Assembly (NCBI GenBank): GCA_963747195.1
Contig: CAVVDV010000002.1
Location: 351,750 to 415,749 of the forward strand
Origin: an uncultured Actinomycetes bacterium
GTDB lineage: Bacteria; Actinomycetota; Acidimicrobiia; IMCC26256; JACDBD01
Direction: 5' to 3'
DNA length: 64,000 nucleotides
Both the position numbers and the translations under genes were made by a program. Below, piece after piece: positions 30,621 through 41,596 of this stretch (position 1 is the first letter of the stretch; every line of letters begins with the position of its first letter). Below the pieces are notes generated by a model, which was not told the origin of the DNA, made no database searches, and saw nothing but the letters and a program-made list of their open reading frames with translations.

Positions 30621-32586
30621 TCACACCGCGGCGAGTTGGCGGATGGCCTCGGCGATGTCGTCGCGGTCGGGCAGCCACACGCGTTCGAGGTCGGGCGCGT
30701 AGGGAGGGGGAGTCGGTGCGGCGCCGATGCGCTGGATCGGCGCATCGAGGTCCCAGAAGGCCTCGCGCGCGACCGCGGCCGCGATCTCGGCGCCGATTCC
30801 GAACGGGACGACGGCCTCGTGGGCGATCAGGAGGCGGCTCGTCTTGTGAACCGAGTCGAGGATCGGCGTCATGTCGAGCGGTGCCACCGTTCGCAGGTCG
30901 ATCACCTCGACCGAGATGCCTTCGACGGCGAGCCGCTCAGCTGCCGCGACCGCCTCGTGCACCATCCGTGAGACCGACACGACGGTCAGGTCGCTTCCGG
31001 GGTGCACGACCGCCGCCGTCCCGATCGGGAGGACGTGGTCGGCCGGCGGCCGAGGTCCCTTCATGCCGTAGAGCAGCCGGTTCTCGATGAAGACGACCGG
31101 GTTCGGGTCCTGGATCGCCGCCCGCAGCAACCCGTACGTGCTCGGCCGGGGTCGACGGCATGACGACGCTCAGGCCGGGGATGTGCGCGAGCAGCGCCTC
31201 GAGGCTCTGCGAGTGCTGACTTCCCGAGGAGCGCCCGGCGCCGAACTGGGTCCGCACGGTCAGCGCCATCTGCGCGGTGCCGCCGGTCATGAACGGCAGC
31301 TTCGCGGCCTGGTTGAGCAGCTGGTCGAAGCAGACGCCGACGAAGTCGAGGTACATCAGCTCGACCACGGGCCGCATGCCCGCCATCGCTGCGCCCACGC
31401 CGAGGCCGATGATCGCGCTCTCGGAGATGGGGGTGTCGCGGACGCGATCGCCGAAGCGGTCGTGGAGGCCGCGGGTCAGACCGAAGACGTTGCCTCCGGC
31501 CGCGACGTCGATGCCGGCGACGAACACGCGCTCGTCGCCGGCGAGCTCCGCCTCGAGCGCGGCTCGGATCGCGTCCATGGTGCGGAACGTCGGTGCATCG
31601 TCGGCGGGGGGCGGCGGCTCGGTGCGTACGGGTCTCGGGCGGACGACGAAGTCGGTCAGCGTGGCGGCCGCCGGGGCGGCCAAATCCCGAGCCGCGTCGA
31701 CGGCCTCGTCGAGCTCGTGCGCCACCGATGACTTCAGGGATTCGACCTCGTCGTCGCTGATGCCAGCCGACCGCAGCCGGTGCGCGTGGACGACGAGCGG
31801 ATCGCGCGCTTCCCACTCCCGAACCTCGTCGGTCGATCGGTAGCGCTGTGGATCGCCTTCGTAGTGTCCGTGCCAGCGGTAAGTGGTTGCCTCGACGACG
31901 ACCGGACCTCGTCCGGCTCGAGTCGCCTCGGTCAACGAATTCATCGCGGCCGCGGTCGCGACCACGTCGTTGCCGTCTACCGCGACGTAGTCGACGCCGT
32001 AGCCGGCGGCGCGCCGCTCGAGTGGCGCCGCGTGTTGGTCCGATGCGGCCGAGAACTCGGCGTAGCCGTTGTTCTCGCAGAAGAAGATCACCGGCAGCCG
32101 CCAGACGGCGGCGAGGTTGATCGCTTCGTGGAAGGTGCCGTGCGCCACTGCGCCGTCGCCGAAGAACGCCACCGCCACGCTGCCGTCGCGTCGAAGGTGC
32201 GCCGCGGTGGCTGCACCCGCCGCGATCGGCAGGCCGGCACCCACGATGCCGTTGGCGCCGAAGATGCCGATCGCCGGATCGGCGATGTGCATCGAGCCGC
32301 CGCGCCCGCGATTCGTTCCCTTGTCCTTGCCCATCAGCTCGGCGAACATCCCGAGCGGGTCGAGGCCCTTGGCCAGACAATGGCCGTGGCCGCGATGGGT
32401 GGACGTGATCACGTCCGTGGAGCGCAGCGGCCAACACGCGCCCACGGCCGAGGCCTCCTGCCCGATCGACAAGTGCACGAAGCCGGGTATCTCACCGTCG
32501 CGGTAGAGCGCGGCCACACGCTCCTCGAACCCGCGGATCACGAGCATCCGTCGGTGCATGTCGAGCAGGTCGGAGTCCGTGAACAC
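30621..32586 (-). CDS. Fused alpha-beta E1 component, 2-oxoacid/acetoin dehydrogenase type (frameshift ~31140)
   Basis: HLSIGQEA, STHRGHGH, GDG...ENN TPP motif, DTPISESA, SQHSQ, EVIDLRT. Confidence 0.88.
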
Positions 32587-32597
32587 GAACTGTGTAC

Positions 32598-32613
32598 TGT
32601 ACTGGTCGGTACA
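32598..32613. promoter_or_regulatory. Operator motif A
   Basis: TGTACTGGTCGGTACA between divergent genes. Confidence 0.7.
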
Positions 32614-32628
32614 AACAGGACGGGGACG

Positions 32629-33408
32629 ATGGCCGACCAGACCGAGATCCCGGGCTCCTTCCCTGGCGGGGGTGATGTGGCGGGGAAGCGCGTGGTGATC
32701 ACCGGCGCCAGTCGGGGCCTCGGGCGGTTGCTGGCGCACGCGTTCTCGCAAGGAGACGCGCGGGTGGCGCTGGTGGCGCGCACCGAGACCGACCTCAAGG
32801 CCGTCGCCGCAGAGCTTCCGGGACCGTCCCTCGTGCTCAGCGGTGACGTGACCGAGCGGGAGTTCAACGAAGCGGTCGCCGATGCCACGGTGGCCGAATG
32901 GGGTGGCGTCGACGCGTGGATCTGCAACGCGGGGATCTCGCCCATCCTGGCCGGACCGCTCGAGACCGATCCGTCGGTCTGGCGCGAGATTCTCGAGGTG
33001 AACCTCACGGCGGCGTTCCTCGGTGCCCGCGCCGCCGCCCGGGTGATGCGCGAGGGCGGGCGACTGATCTTCACCGGCTCGGTCCTCGGGGAACGGCCGC
33101 GCGAAGGGCTCACTGCGTACAGCGCCTCGAAGGCCGGCCTCGTCGGCATGGCGAAGGGTCTCGCGCTCGATCTCGCGTCCTCGGGCATCACCGTGAACGT
33201 TGTCGCTCCGGGATGGTTCGACTCGCCGTTGGCCGAGCCATGGAAGAACAGCCCCGAGCTCGGAGCCGGGGTGCTCGGGCACACGGCGCAACGGCGCTGG
33301 GGAGCATCCACCGACCTGGCCGGCGCCTATCAGTTCCTGGCCTCCGACGCGTCGGCGTTCATCACGGGCAGCGTGCTCAACGTCGACGGCGGGTACCTGC
33401 TCGTATGA
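32629..33408 (+). CDS. SDR oxidoreductase
   Basis: TGASRGLG, CNAG, YSASK. Confidence 0.9.
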   Translation: MADQTEIPGSFPGGGDVAGKRVVITGASRGLGRLLAHAFSQGDARVALVARTETDLKAVAAELPGPSLVLSGDVTEREFNEAVADATVAEWGGVDAWICNAGISPILAGPLETDPSVWREILEVNLTAAFLGARAAARVMREGGRLIFTGSVLGERPREGLTAYSASKAGLVGMAKGLALDLASSGITVNVVAPGWFDSPLAEPWKNSPELGAGVLGHTAQRRWGASTDLAGAYQFLASDASAFITGSVLNVDGGYLLV

Positions 33409-34152
33409 GCGGAGAGCGACGCGTCGTCGCGATCACCGGAGCGGGCGGAACGCTCGGTTCCGCGCTGTCCTGCCGGTTCGCGGGCGAAGCAGATACGGAT
33501 GTCGTGCTGAGCGACGTCAGTGAATCCTCGCTCGAAGCCACGGTGAACGGCTTACCGACGCGTCGTGGGGCGGTCGAGACGTTGCGAGCCGACGTCGGCG
33601 AAGTCGCGGACGTCGAAGCTGTGGTCGGGCGGGCGGTGGAGCGCTTCGGCCGGCTCGACGTGCTGATCAGCAACGCCGGAGTGCTCTCGCCGAATGGTCG
33701 CATCCACAATCTGGCGACCGAGGACTGGGAGCGCGCGTTCCGGGTCAACGTCCTCGGTGCCGTCAACGGCATCCGCGCTGCGGTGCCGGTCATGCGCACA
33801 CAGGAGTCCGGGTCGATCGTCCTCACCGCGTCGGTCTCCGGTCTCACCGCGTGGTCACACGCCGCCCCGTACTGCGCGACGAAGGCGGCCGTGATCCAAC
33901 TCGCGAAGGTCGCCGCGGTCGAATACGCGCGGGAAGGCATACGTGTCAACTGCGTGTGCCCCGGGACGTTCCGTTCGGGGATCCACGACGAACCTCCCGC
34001 CGGAGGCGATCGACGCGATCGCGGCCAAGCATCCGCTCGGGCTGGGAAGCGCCGGCGACCTCGTCGGCGCCTACTCGTACCTCGCGAGCGACGCGTCCCA
34101 GTGGACAACGGGGTCCGCGATCGTGGTCGACGGCGGGTACGCGGCGCCGTAG
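33405..34152 (+). CDS. SDR oxidoreductase (frameshift ~33990)
   Basis: TGAGGTLG, SNAG, YCATK, VVDGGY. Confidence 0.88.
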
Positions 34153-34178
34153 GGGGATCCGTGGAGGACGCGCCGCCG

Positions 34179-35702
34179 ATGCATCCGGACATGAGCTGGG
34201 TCGGAGTGCTCGAGCACCACGCGCGCCGTACGCCGAGCAAGCCCCTCGCCGTCTTCGGGGACGACGTCGTCACCTATCAGGGGATGGCGGATTGGGCAGC
34301 TGCACTGGCGGCCGGGCTCCACGCCCGCGGAGTCGGTGCCGGCGACGTCGTCGGGTTGCTGTCTTACAACAGCATCGAGTTCCTGGCGACGATCTTCGCC
34401 GCCAACTACGTCGGAGCCGTCGCGATGCCGATCAACTGGCGGCTCGCCGCGCCGGAGCTGCGGTTCATCCTCGAGCACTCCGGAGCTCGCGCCCTCGTCT
34501 GCGACGACGAGCTCATCGAGCTCGCGAACGACGCGACGAACCAGCTGGAGGGCGACCTCGTCCGTGTGTGCATCTCGACCAAGGATTTCGCCGGATGGGA
34601 GCGGTTTGCCGATCTGGCTGCCGAGTCCGCTCGCCCGGCCCGCGCGCACGTCGACGGTGATGACATCCACCGACTGATGTACACATCCGGGACCACCGGT
34701 CGCCCCAAGGGCGTCATGATCACGCACGCCAACCTGGCGTGGAAGAACTACGCGCACATCACCGAGTTCGGCTTCACCGGCGCGGATCTCGGGCTCGCCT
34801 GCGGGCCGCTGTACCACGTCGGCGCGCTCGACCTCACGACGACCTCGCTCATCGCCGCGGGCGCGACCGTCATCATCCATCGGGTGTTCGACGCGTCCGA
34901 CGTCGTCGACGAGATCGAGCGGTCGCGTGTGACCACGGTGTGGCTCGCGCCGGCCATGATCAACGCGATCATGGCGCTGCCCGACATCGAACGGCGCGAC
35001 CTCTCGTCGGTGCGGTTGATCATCAACGGTGGCGAGAAGATGCCGATCCCGCTCATCGAGCGGATCCAGCGGACGTTCCCTTCGGCGTGGTTCGCCGACG
35101 CCTACGGCCTCACCGAGACCGTCTCGGGCGACACGTTCCTCGACCGGGACAGCATCGTGAGCAAGCTCGGCAGCGTCGGTCGTCCATGCCTCTACCTCGA
35201 GCTCGACATCTGGGACGAGCACGGAGCGTCGGTGCCCGCAGGTGAACGTGGGGAAGTCGTCATTCGCGGCCCGAAGGTGTTCAAGGGCTACTGGCGGGAT
35301 CCTGACGCTACGAGTGCGGCGTTCGCCGGTGGCTGGTTCCACACCGGGGACGTCGGCGTGAAGGACGACGACGGCTACCTCTACATCGTCGATCGGCTCA
35401 AGGACATGATCGTGTCCGGCGGTGAGAACATCGCCGGCTCCGAGGTCGAGCGCGTGCTCTACGAGCACGAGTCGGTTGTCGAAGCTGCCGTCGTCGGGCG
35501 TCCCGACGATCGTTGGGGAGAGGTCCCGATCGCCTACGTCGTCTCGAACTCGGAGACGACGACGCCCGAGGAGCTCATCGAGCACTGCAGCCGCCAGCTC
35601 GCGCGCTACAAGGTGCCGAAGCACGTGACGCTCGTCGATGCGCTGCCCAGGAACCCTTCGGGCAAGGTCCTGAAGAGAGAGCTGCGGACCCGCACGTCCT
35701 GA
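34179..35702 (+). CDS. Acyl-CoA synthetase (AMP-binding enzyme)
   Basis: YTSGTTGRPKG, YGLTE, HTGD, PSGKVLK. Confidence 0.92.
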   Translation: MHPDMSWVGVLEHHARRTPSKPLAVFGDDVVTYQGMADWAAALAAGLHARGVGAGDVVGLLSYNSIEFLATIFAANYVGAVAMPINWRLAAPELRFILEHSGARALVCDDELIELANDATNQLEGDLVRVCISTKDFAGWERFADLAAESARPARAHVDGDDIHRLMYTSGTTGRPKGVMITHANLAWKNYAHITEFGFTGADLGLACGPLYHVGALDLTTTSLIAAGATVIIHRVFDASDVVDEIERSRVTTVWLAPAMINAIMALPDIERRDLSSVRLIINGGEKMPIPLIERIQRTFPSAWFADAYGLTETVSGDTFLDRDSIVSKLGSVGRPCLYLELDIWDEHGASVPAGERGEVVIRGPKVFKGYWRDPDATSAAFAGGWFHTGDVGVKDDDGYLYIVDRLKDMIVSGGENIAGSEVERVLYEHESVVEAAVVGRPDDRWGEVPIAYVVSNSETTTPEELIEHCSRQLARYKVPKHVTLVDALPRNPSGKVLKRELRTRTS

Positions 35703-35830
35703 AGGTCGACACTGCGCCAGTAAGCGGTCACTCTGGCGGCGCGCACCCGCGCCGGATCGGGCAATCTGTGGCGTGCGGTCCGGCAATCGGCCGGCTTGCG
35801 TGTCCGTCTCAGCAGGGGAGGAATGACCGA

Positions 35831-36526
35831 ATGAGTGAGCAACCGAACGTTGTCCTGGTGCACGGTGCCTGGGCCGACGGTTCCAGTTGGAGCGGCGTCA
35901 TCAGGCTCCTGCAAAAAGCTGGTTACAACGTGACGGCGCCACAGTTTCCACTGACGACACTCGAGGCCAACGTCGCACGGCTTCGGCAGGTGCTGGCGCC
36001 GCTGACGGGCCCGACCCTTCTTGCCGGACATTCCTACGGCTGTCAGATCATGACTGCGCTGGGAACGGATGCCCGGAATGTCGTCGGACTGGTGTACATC
36101 TCGGGCTTCGCCCTTGATGCGGGCGAATCGATTGGCGGGTTGCTTGCCCAAGGTGAGCCGACTCCGGCGTTGGCGCATTTGCGCATCGATGAACAGGGCT
36201 TCGCCTGGCTTCCCCAAGATGACTTCGTGCAGCACTTTGCGGCGGATGTTGATCCGATCGAAGCGAACGTCATGTATGCCGTGCAGCAGCCTCTGCCCGC
36301 GGCCGCCCTCGAGGAAGTGATGGGGACCCCTGCGTGGAAGAACGACGTTCCCACCTGGTTCGCGGTCGCACAGAACGACGAGGTGATCCCGCCCGACGTC
36401 GAGCGTCTCTTCGCCAAGCGCATGGGCGCCACTACCTCGGAGCTCGTGTCAGGTCATGTAGGGATGGTTTCTCACCCCGACGAGGTTGCCGGCCTGATTC
36501 AGACCGCGGCGAAGTCGGTGACATAG
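35831..36526 (+). CDS. Alpha/beta hydrolase
   Basis: VLVHGAWADGSSW, GHSYG nucleophile elbow, DEVIP, SGH. Confidence 0.88.
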   Translation: MSEQPNVVLVHGAWADGSSWSGVIRLLQKAGYNVTAPQFPLTTLEANVARLRQVLAPLTGPTLLAGHSYGCQIMTALGTDARNVVGLVYISGFALDAGESIGGLLAQGEPTPALAHLRIDEQGFAWLPQDDFVQHFAADVDPIEANVMYAVQQPLPAAALEEVMGTPAWKNDVPTWFAVAQNDEVIPPDVERLFAKRMGATTSELVSGHVGMVSHPDEVAGLIQTAAKSVT

Positions 36527-36546
36527 CCGAGGTCGTTCGACTGCTG

Positions 36547-39139
36547 ATGACCGAAGAGCAGGAGGGCACTGCAACGATCCGGACGCCGGACCAGCGTCTG
36601 CGCGTCTTCGTGAGCTCCACGCTGGCCGAGCTCGCCGATGAGCGTGCCGCGGTGTCCCGTGCGATCTCGGCACTCCGGCTCACGCCTGTGCTGTTCGAGC
36701 TGGGGGCTCGACCCCACCCACCTCGCGAGCTGTACCGGGCCTACCTGGCGCAGTCCGACATCTTCATCGGTCTGTATTGGCAGCGGTACGGCTGGATCGG
36801 GCCCGGCATGGAGATCTCGGGTCTGGAGGACGAGTTCCGACTCTCCCACTCGATCCCCCGGCTTCTGTACGTCAAGACACCGGCACCCGAGCAGGAACCT
36901 CGGCTGGCGGCCATGATCGGCGAGCTCCAGACGGAGGGCACCGACTCATACCGTTCGTTCCGTAGCCCACGGGAGCTCGGGCGACTGGTCCGAGACGACC
37001 TCGCCCTGCTCCTGAGCGAGCGGTTCACGACTCCCGGTGGCCGTGCCGACCCTTCGGCATCGTCCGCGGTCGACACCGACCGGCGGAGCGAGCGCTCCCT
37101 GCCGGTGACGTCGACGTCGTTGATCGGGCGGGAGCACGACATCGCCGAGGTCTCGGAGCTGCTCCAGAAACCCGAAGTCCGGTTGGTCACCCTCACCGGC
37201 CCCGGCGGCATCGGCAAGACGCGGCTGGCGATCGCGGTAGGTGAACAACTCGATGATCGCTATCCGCACGGGACGGTGTTCGTGCCGCTCGCGGCGATCG
37301 CTCAGCCCGAGCTGGTGCTGCCTCGCATCGCGAACGCGGTGGGTGCGACCGTCGAGGGCGCTCGCGGACCGCTCGATGTCCTGGTCGAGCACTTCGCGGA
37401 GACACCCACATTGCTCGTGCTGGACAACCTCGAACAGGTCGTGGGTGTCGCGCCCGAGCTCGACCAGCTCCTGGCCCGCTGCCCCGGCCTCGAGATCCTC
37501 GCGACGAGCCGTACGGTGCTTCGGGTCCGGGCCGAGCGGGAGTACCCGGTCGCTCCGCTGACAGTGCCCGCGTTCTCGGAGCGGCCGCCAATGGAAGAGT
37601 TGGCCTCGCTGCCCGCCGTTCGGCTCTTCGTCGATCGCGCGCAGGCCGTCCGCTACGACTTCGCCCTCACCGAGGACAACGCGTTGGCCGTGGTGGAGAT
37701 CTGTCGGCGCCTCGATGGTCTGCCGCTCGCCATCGAGCTCGCCGCGGCCCGTACCCGATTGCTGGAACCGAGTGCACTGCTCGCTCGGCTCGGAAATCGC
37801 CTCGACGCCTTGGGTACCGGCCCGGTCGATCTTCCCGAACGTCAACGCACACTGCGCGCGACCGTTGAATGGAGCGTCGGGCTGCTCGAGGACGCCGAGC
37901 AGCACATGCTGGCCACCCTCTCCGTCTTCGTTGACGGGTGGACGGTCGACGCGGCCGCCCAGGTCTCCGATCTCACCGAGGACGCCGCGCTCGATCTGCT
38001 CGATGCACTCGCCGGGCACAGCCTCGTGCAGGTCGACGCCACCGACGCCGGGCCGAGGTTCCACATGCTGGAAGCCGTCCGAGAGTTCGCCGCCGAGCGG
38101 CTTGCTGCCAGCGAGGACCGAGCCGATGTCGAGCGGCGGCACGCGCGAGTACTTCGGTTCGCTGGTGGAGAACGCCGACTGGCCCGCGGAACGACAGGCG
38201 GAGTGGGCCGAGCAGTTGCGAACCGAGGAGGAGAACCTCCGTGTCGCCATCCGTTGGTTCCTGACCAACGACATCACGCCGCTCCCGCACATCTTCCGCA
38301 TCCTCTGGCTGTTCTGGCAGATGCAGGACCGCATGCCGGAGGGTCGGGCCTGGATCGATGAGGTGCAGCGCAGGGCAGACGCATTGGACGACCGCGCCCA
38401 AGCGGAGTTGCTGTTCACGTCGGCCGTGACTGCCGTCGAAGTTGGCGACGACGAGAACGCGCTGGCCGCAGTCGAGGGGCTCGAACGACTCCAGGGGCGC
38501 GTCGACGACCCCTATCTCGAGAGCGCAGCCCACCTGGCGGTCTCGTGGATCCTGCCGATCGAGGATGACTTCGATGGAGCGCTTCAGGCCGCGTCGACCG
38601 CCCTCGACGGCTTCCGCCGGCAGAACGAGCCGTTCATGGCGTTTGCCGCTCTGACAGTCGGGATGGTGGAGATGGCGCTCGGCCGGGATGAGGCCGCGCG
38701 CGCACACCTCACCGAGGTCAACCAGCTCGGCGGACAGTTCGACAACAGCTGGCTCGAGTCCACGGCGCGAACACAACTGGCCTCGCTCGCGGTGACAGCC
38801 GGCCAGCTCGACGAGGCTCGGGCACTGCTGGTGGAGTCGGTGGAGGCGGGCGAGGAAACCGAGTTGAGCAGCCTCGTCGTCACCTTCGCCCTCGTCGCCT
38901 CTGCCCAGCTGGCGCTGGCCGAAGGTGATGCACGTCGGGCCGTCATGGCCCTCGGCGCCACCGATGGATTGCGGCGACGTGCAGGCCTCCGGGCATGGCC
39001 CTCGACGCGGCCGCGTGAGGCCGAGCTGGTCGCGCGCCTCACGCAGGAAATCGATGGCGATGACTTCACGGAGGTCTTCGCCGCCGGCTCGGAGCTCAGC
39101 CACCGTCAAGCAGTCGCTCTCGTGCGCGGTGACAGCTAA
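36547..39139 (+). CDS. DUF4062 + STAND (NB-ARC-like) ATPase + helical-repeat protein (frameshift ~38145)
   Basis: RVFVSST...SDIFIGLYWQRYG...EDEF; GPGGIGKT, LVLDNLE, LDGLPLAIELAA. Confidence 0.85.
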
Positions 39140-40037
39140 GAAAGCAGGTGGGCCATGAAGGCCGCCGACCAGTCGGGCAGGTCGGTAGGGACGTAATACC
39201 CGGTCTCGTCGTTGATCGTCGCCCAGTTCTCGGCGACGTCCTCGATCGTCGGCTCCGGACCCGGGTGGACGTACCCCTCGGTCGAGGCGATGAAGATGCG
39301 CGCGAAGCGACCGGCGCCGGCGGCGTAGATCTCGCCGCTGACCGGGCAGGCCTCGTGGGCGAGGAAGGCAGCCATCGGCGCGACGAGATCCGGCGACATC
39401 TGCGCGTTCTCCTCGTTTCCGGGCTGACCGGCCATGCGCGTCATCGCCGCGGGCGCGATGAGGTTGACCTTGATGCCGTGCGCGGCGCCCGCGGTCGTGA
39501 GGCTGCGCGTGAGCCCGATGACGGCACCCTTGGCGGTGGCGTACGAGACGTTGTTCGGCAGTCCGAACATACCCGGAGGACGTCGTCATGACGATACGGC
39601 CGTAGCCCCGCTCGACCATGTGCGGCCATGCGGCGCGGGTGGTGTTGAACGAGCCGCCGACATGGACGGCGAGATGCGTCAGCGAGGTTGTCCGCGTCGG
39701 CGTCCGGAAAGCCCGCCCACCTGATGATGCCGGCGTTGTTGATCAGGATGTCGAGGCGTCCGAACCGCTCGACCGCCGCATCGACGAGCGCCTGTGCGCC
39801 CCCGGCGCTGGCCACGTCGTTGCTGTCGGCGATCGCAACCCCGCCCGCGTCGACGATCTCGGCGGCGACCGCGGATGCCGGTTCGGGGTCCGCTCCGACG
39901 CCCTCCATCGATCCGCCGAGGTCGTTGATGACGACGCCGGCGCCCCGGTGGGCGAGCAGGAGTGCATAGGCCCGCCCGATCCCGCGCCCCGCGCCCGTCA
40001 CGACCGCGACGCGCCCCTCGAAGCTGTGCTCGTTCAT
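39136..40037 (-). CDS. SDR, MFE-2-type hydroxyacyl-CoA dehydrogenase-like (frameshifts)
   Basis: TGAGRGIG, INDLGG, NNAGI, YATAK, PAAMTRM. Confidence 0.85.
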
Positions 40038-40066
40038 CCGTGACCTTTCCTCACACCCCTGACGGG

Positions 40067-40082
40067 TGTACCGACCAGTCAT
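40067..40082. promoter_or_regulatory. Operator motif A
   Basis: TGTACCGACCAGTCAT between divergent genes. Confidence 0.65.
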
Positions 40083-40123
40083 TATCCTTTCTTGGCCAGC
40101 GCCTCGACGCGGGAGCCTTGTCT

Positions 40124-40938
40124 TTGACCGCCGTGCTCTACTCGTCCTCCGACCGGATCGGCCTCATCACCCTCAACCGCCCCGAGGCACGCAATGCCGT
40201 CAATCGCGAGATGGCGCTCGGCCTCGAGGCCGCCGTGGACCGGCTGGAGGACGATCCCGAGGTCCGGGTCGGGGTCCTGTGCGCCGACACCGCGGAGCAA
40301 GCCGGAGCTTGCGACGGCGACAGGGCAGGCCCCCGGTCTTCTGCGCCGGCGCCGACCTCAAGGTCATCAGGGAGACCGGTTCCGCGGCGACGCTCGACAC
40401 CGAGCGGGGCGGGTTCGGCGGGTTCGTGTACCGCGAGCGCATCAAGCCGATCGTCGTCGCCGTCGACGGCCTGGCGACCGCGGGCGGTCTGGAGATCGTC
40501 CTGGCCGCGGACGTCGTCGTGGCGACGTCCCGATCGGCGTTCGGGCTCGCGGAGGTTCGGCACAACCTGATCGCCGCCGCCGGCGGGCTGTTCCGGCTCC
40601 CGCGCGCGATCGGTCGTAGCGCCGGCGATGGACGCCATCCTCACCGGTGAGCCGATCGACGCTCGCCGCGCGTACGAGCTCGGGCTCGTGAGCCGGCTGG
40701 TCGAGCCGGGCGCGGCGTTGGACGAGGCACTCGCGCCTCGCGCAGAAGATCGCCGCCGCGGCTCCGCTCGCGGTGCGTGCCAGCCGGCGCGTCGTCCTGC
40801 TGGCCGCGCACGAGCACGACGACACGCTGCGGCGGGTTTCGAAGGAGCTTGTTGGACGAGCTGCTCGCGTCGGAGGATGCGAGCGAAGGGCTGTCCGCCT
40901 TCGCCGAGAAGCGCCCGCCGCAGTGGCAAGGTCGCTGA
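40124..40938 (+). CDS. Enoyl-CoA hydratase family (frameshifts; contains a palindromic insert)
   Basis: LNRPEARNAVN, FCAGADL, GGLE, FGLAEV, FAEKRPPQWQGR. Confidence 0.82.
40299..40322. repeat. Short palindromic repeat identical to 9923..9946
   Basis: aagccggagcttgcgacggcgaca; gcaagc-cgga-gcttgc hairpin. Confidence 0.75.
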
Positions 40939-41593
40939 TGCGCGAGCGCGCCCGTGTACCGTCGGAACCGATGCCACGAACCGGAGCGAGCAACGAGCCT
41001 CGTCGCAGCGCGAAGTGGAAGGCGCGTCGCGACGTGATCATCGACACCTCGGCGCCGGTCTTCGCGCGACGCGGCTACCACGCCACGGGCATCGCGGAGC
41101 TGTGCGAGGTCAACGGTCTCGGGAAGGGCGCGTTCTATCACTACATCGGGTCGAAGGAGGAGCTCCTCGCCGCCATCCACGATCGTGTGATGGACGAGGT
41201 GATGGTCGGCGCTGATCGTGTCGCCGAGGCGGGCGGGTCGCCGTCCGCGCAGCTGGCCATGCTGGGCGACGAGCTGCTCGACGTCATCCACCGCTATCCC
41301 GATCACGTCTGGGTCTTCCTCCACGAGTTCCCGGCGCTCACGGCCGAACGCGCCGAGCAGTTCCGCGGGCGCCGGCGGGAGTACGAGCGAAGGGTCGAGG
41401 CGGTCCTGCAGGCCGGCGTTGATTCGCGGGGAGTTCCGCGAGGTCGACCCGTGGCTCACGGCCCTGGCGTGGCTCGGCATGCACAACTACACGTACCTGT
41501 GGCTGAAGCCGGGCGGCACGCGTGTCGGCTCGCGACGTGGCGAAGCCGTTCGCCGACATCTTCATCCGCGGGATCGCCGGCTCGGAGTCTTGA
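40938..41593 (+). CDS. TetR/AcrR family regulator (frameshifts; start 40938 or 40971)
   Basis: VFARRGYHATGIAEL...GKGAFYHYIGSKEELL HTH; LGMHNYTYLW. Confidence 0.88.
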
Positions 41594-41596
41594 CCC

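Noticed and set aside
32898..35702. 934-aa SDR-CoA ligase fusion ORF
   Set aside because: The SDR ends VVDGGYAAP-stop at 34152 in another frame; a frameshift near 33990 creates the fusion.
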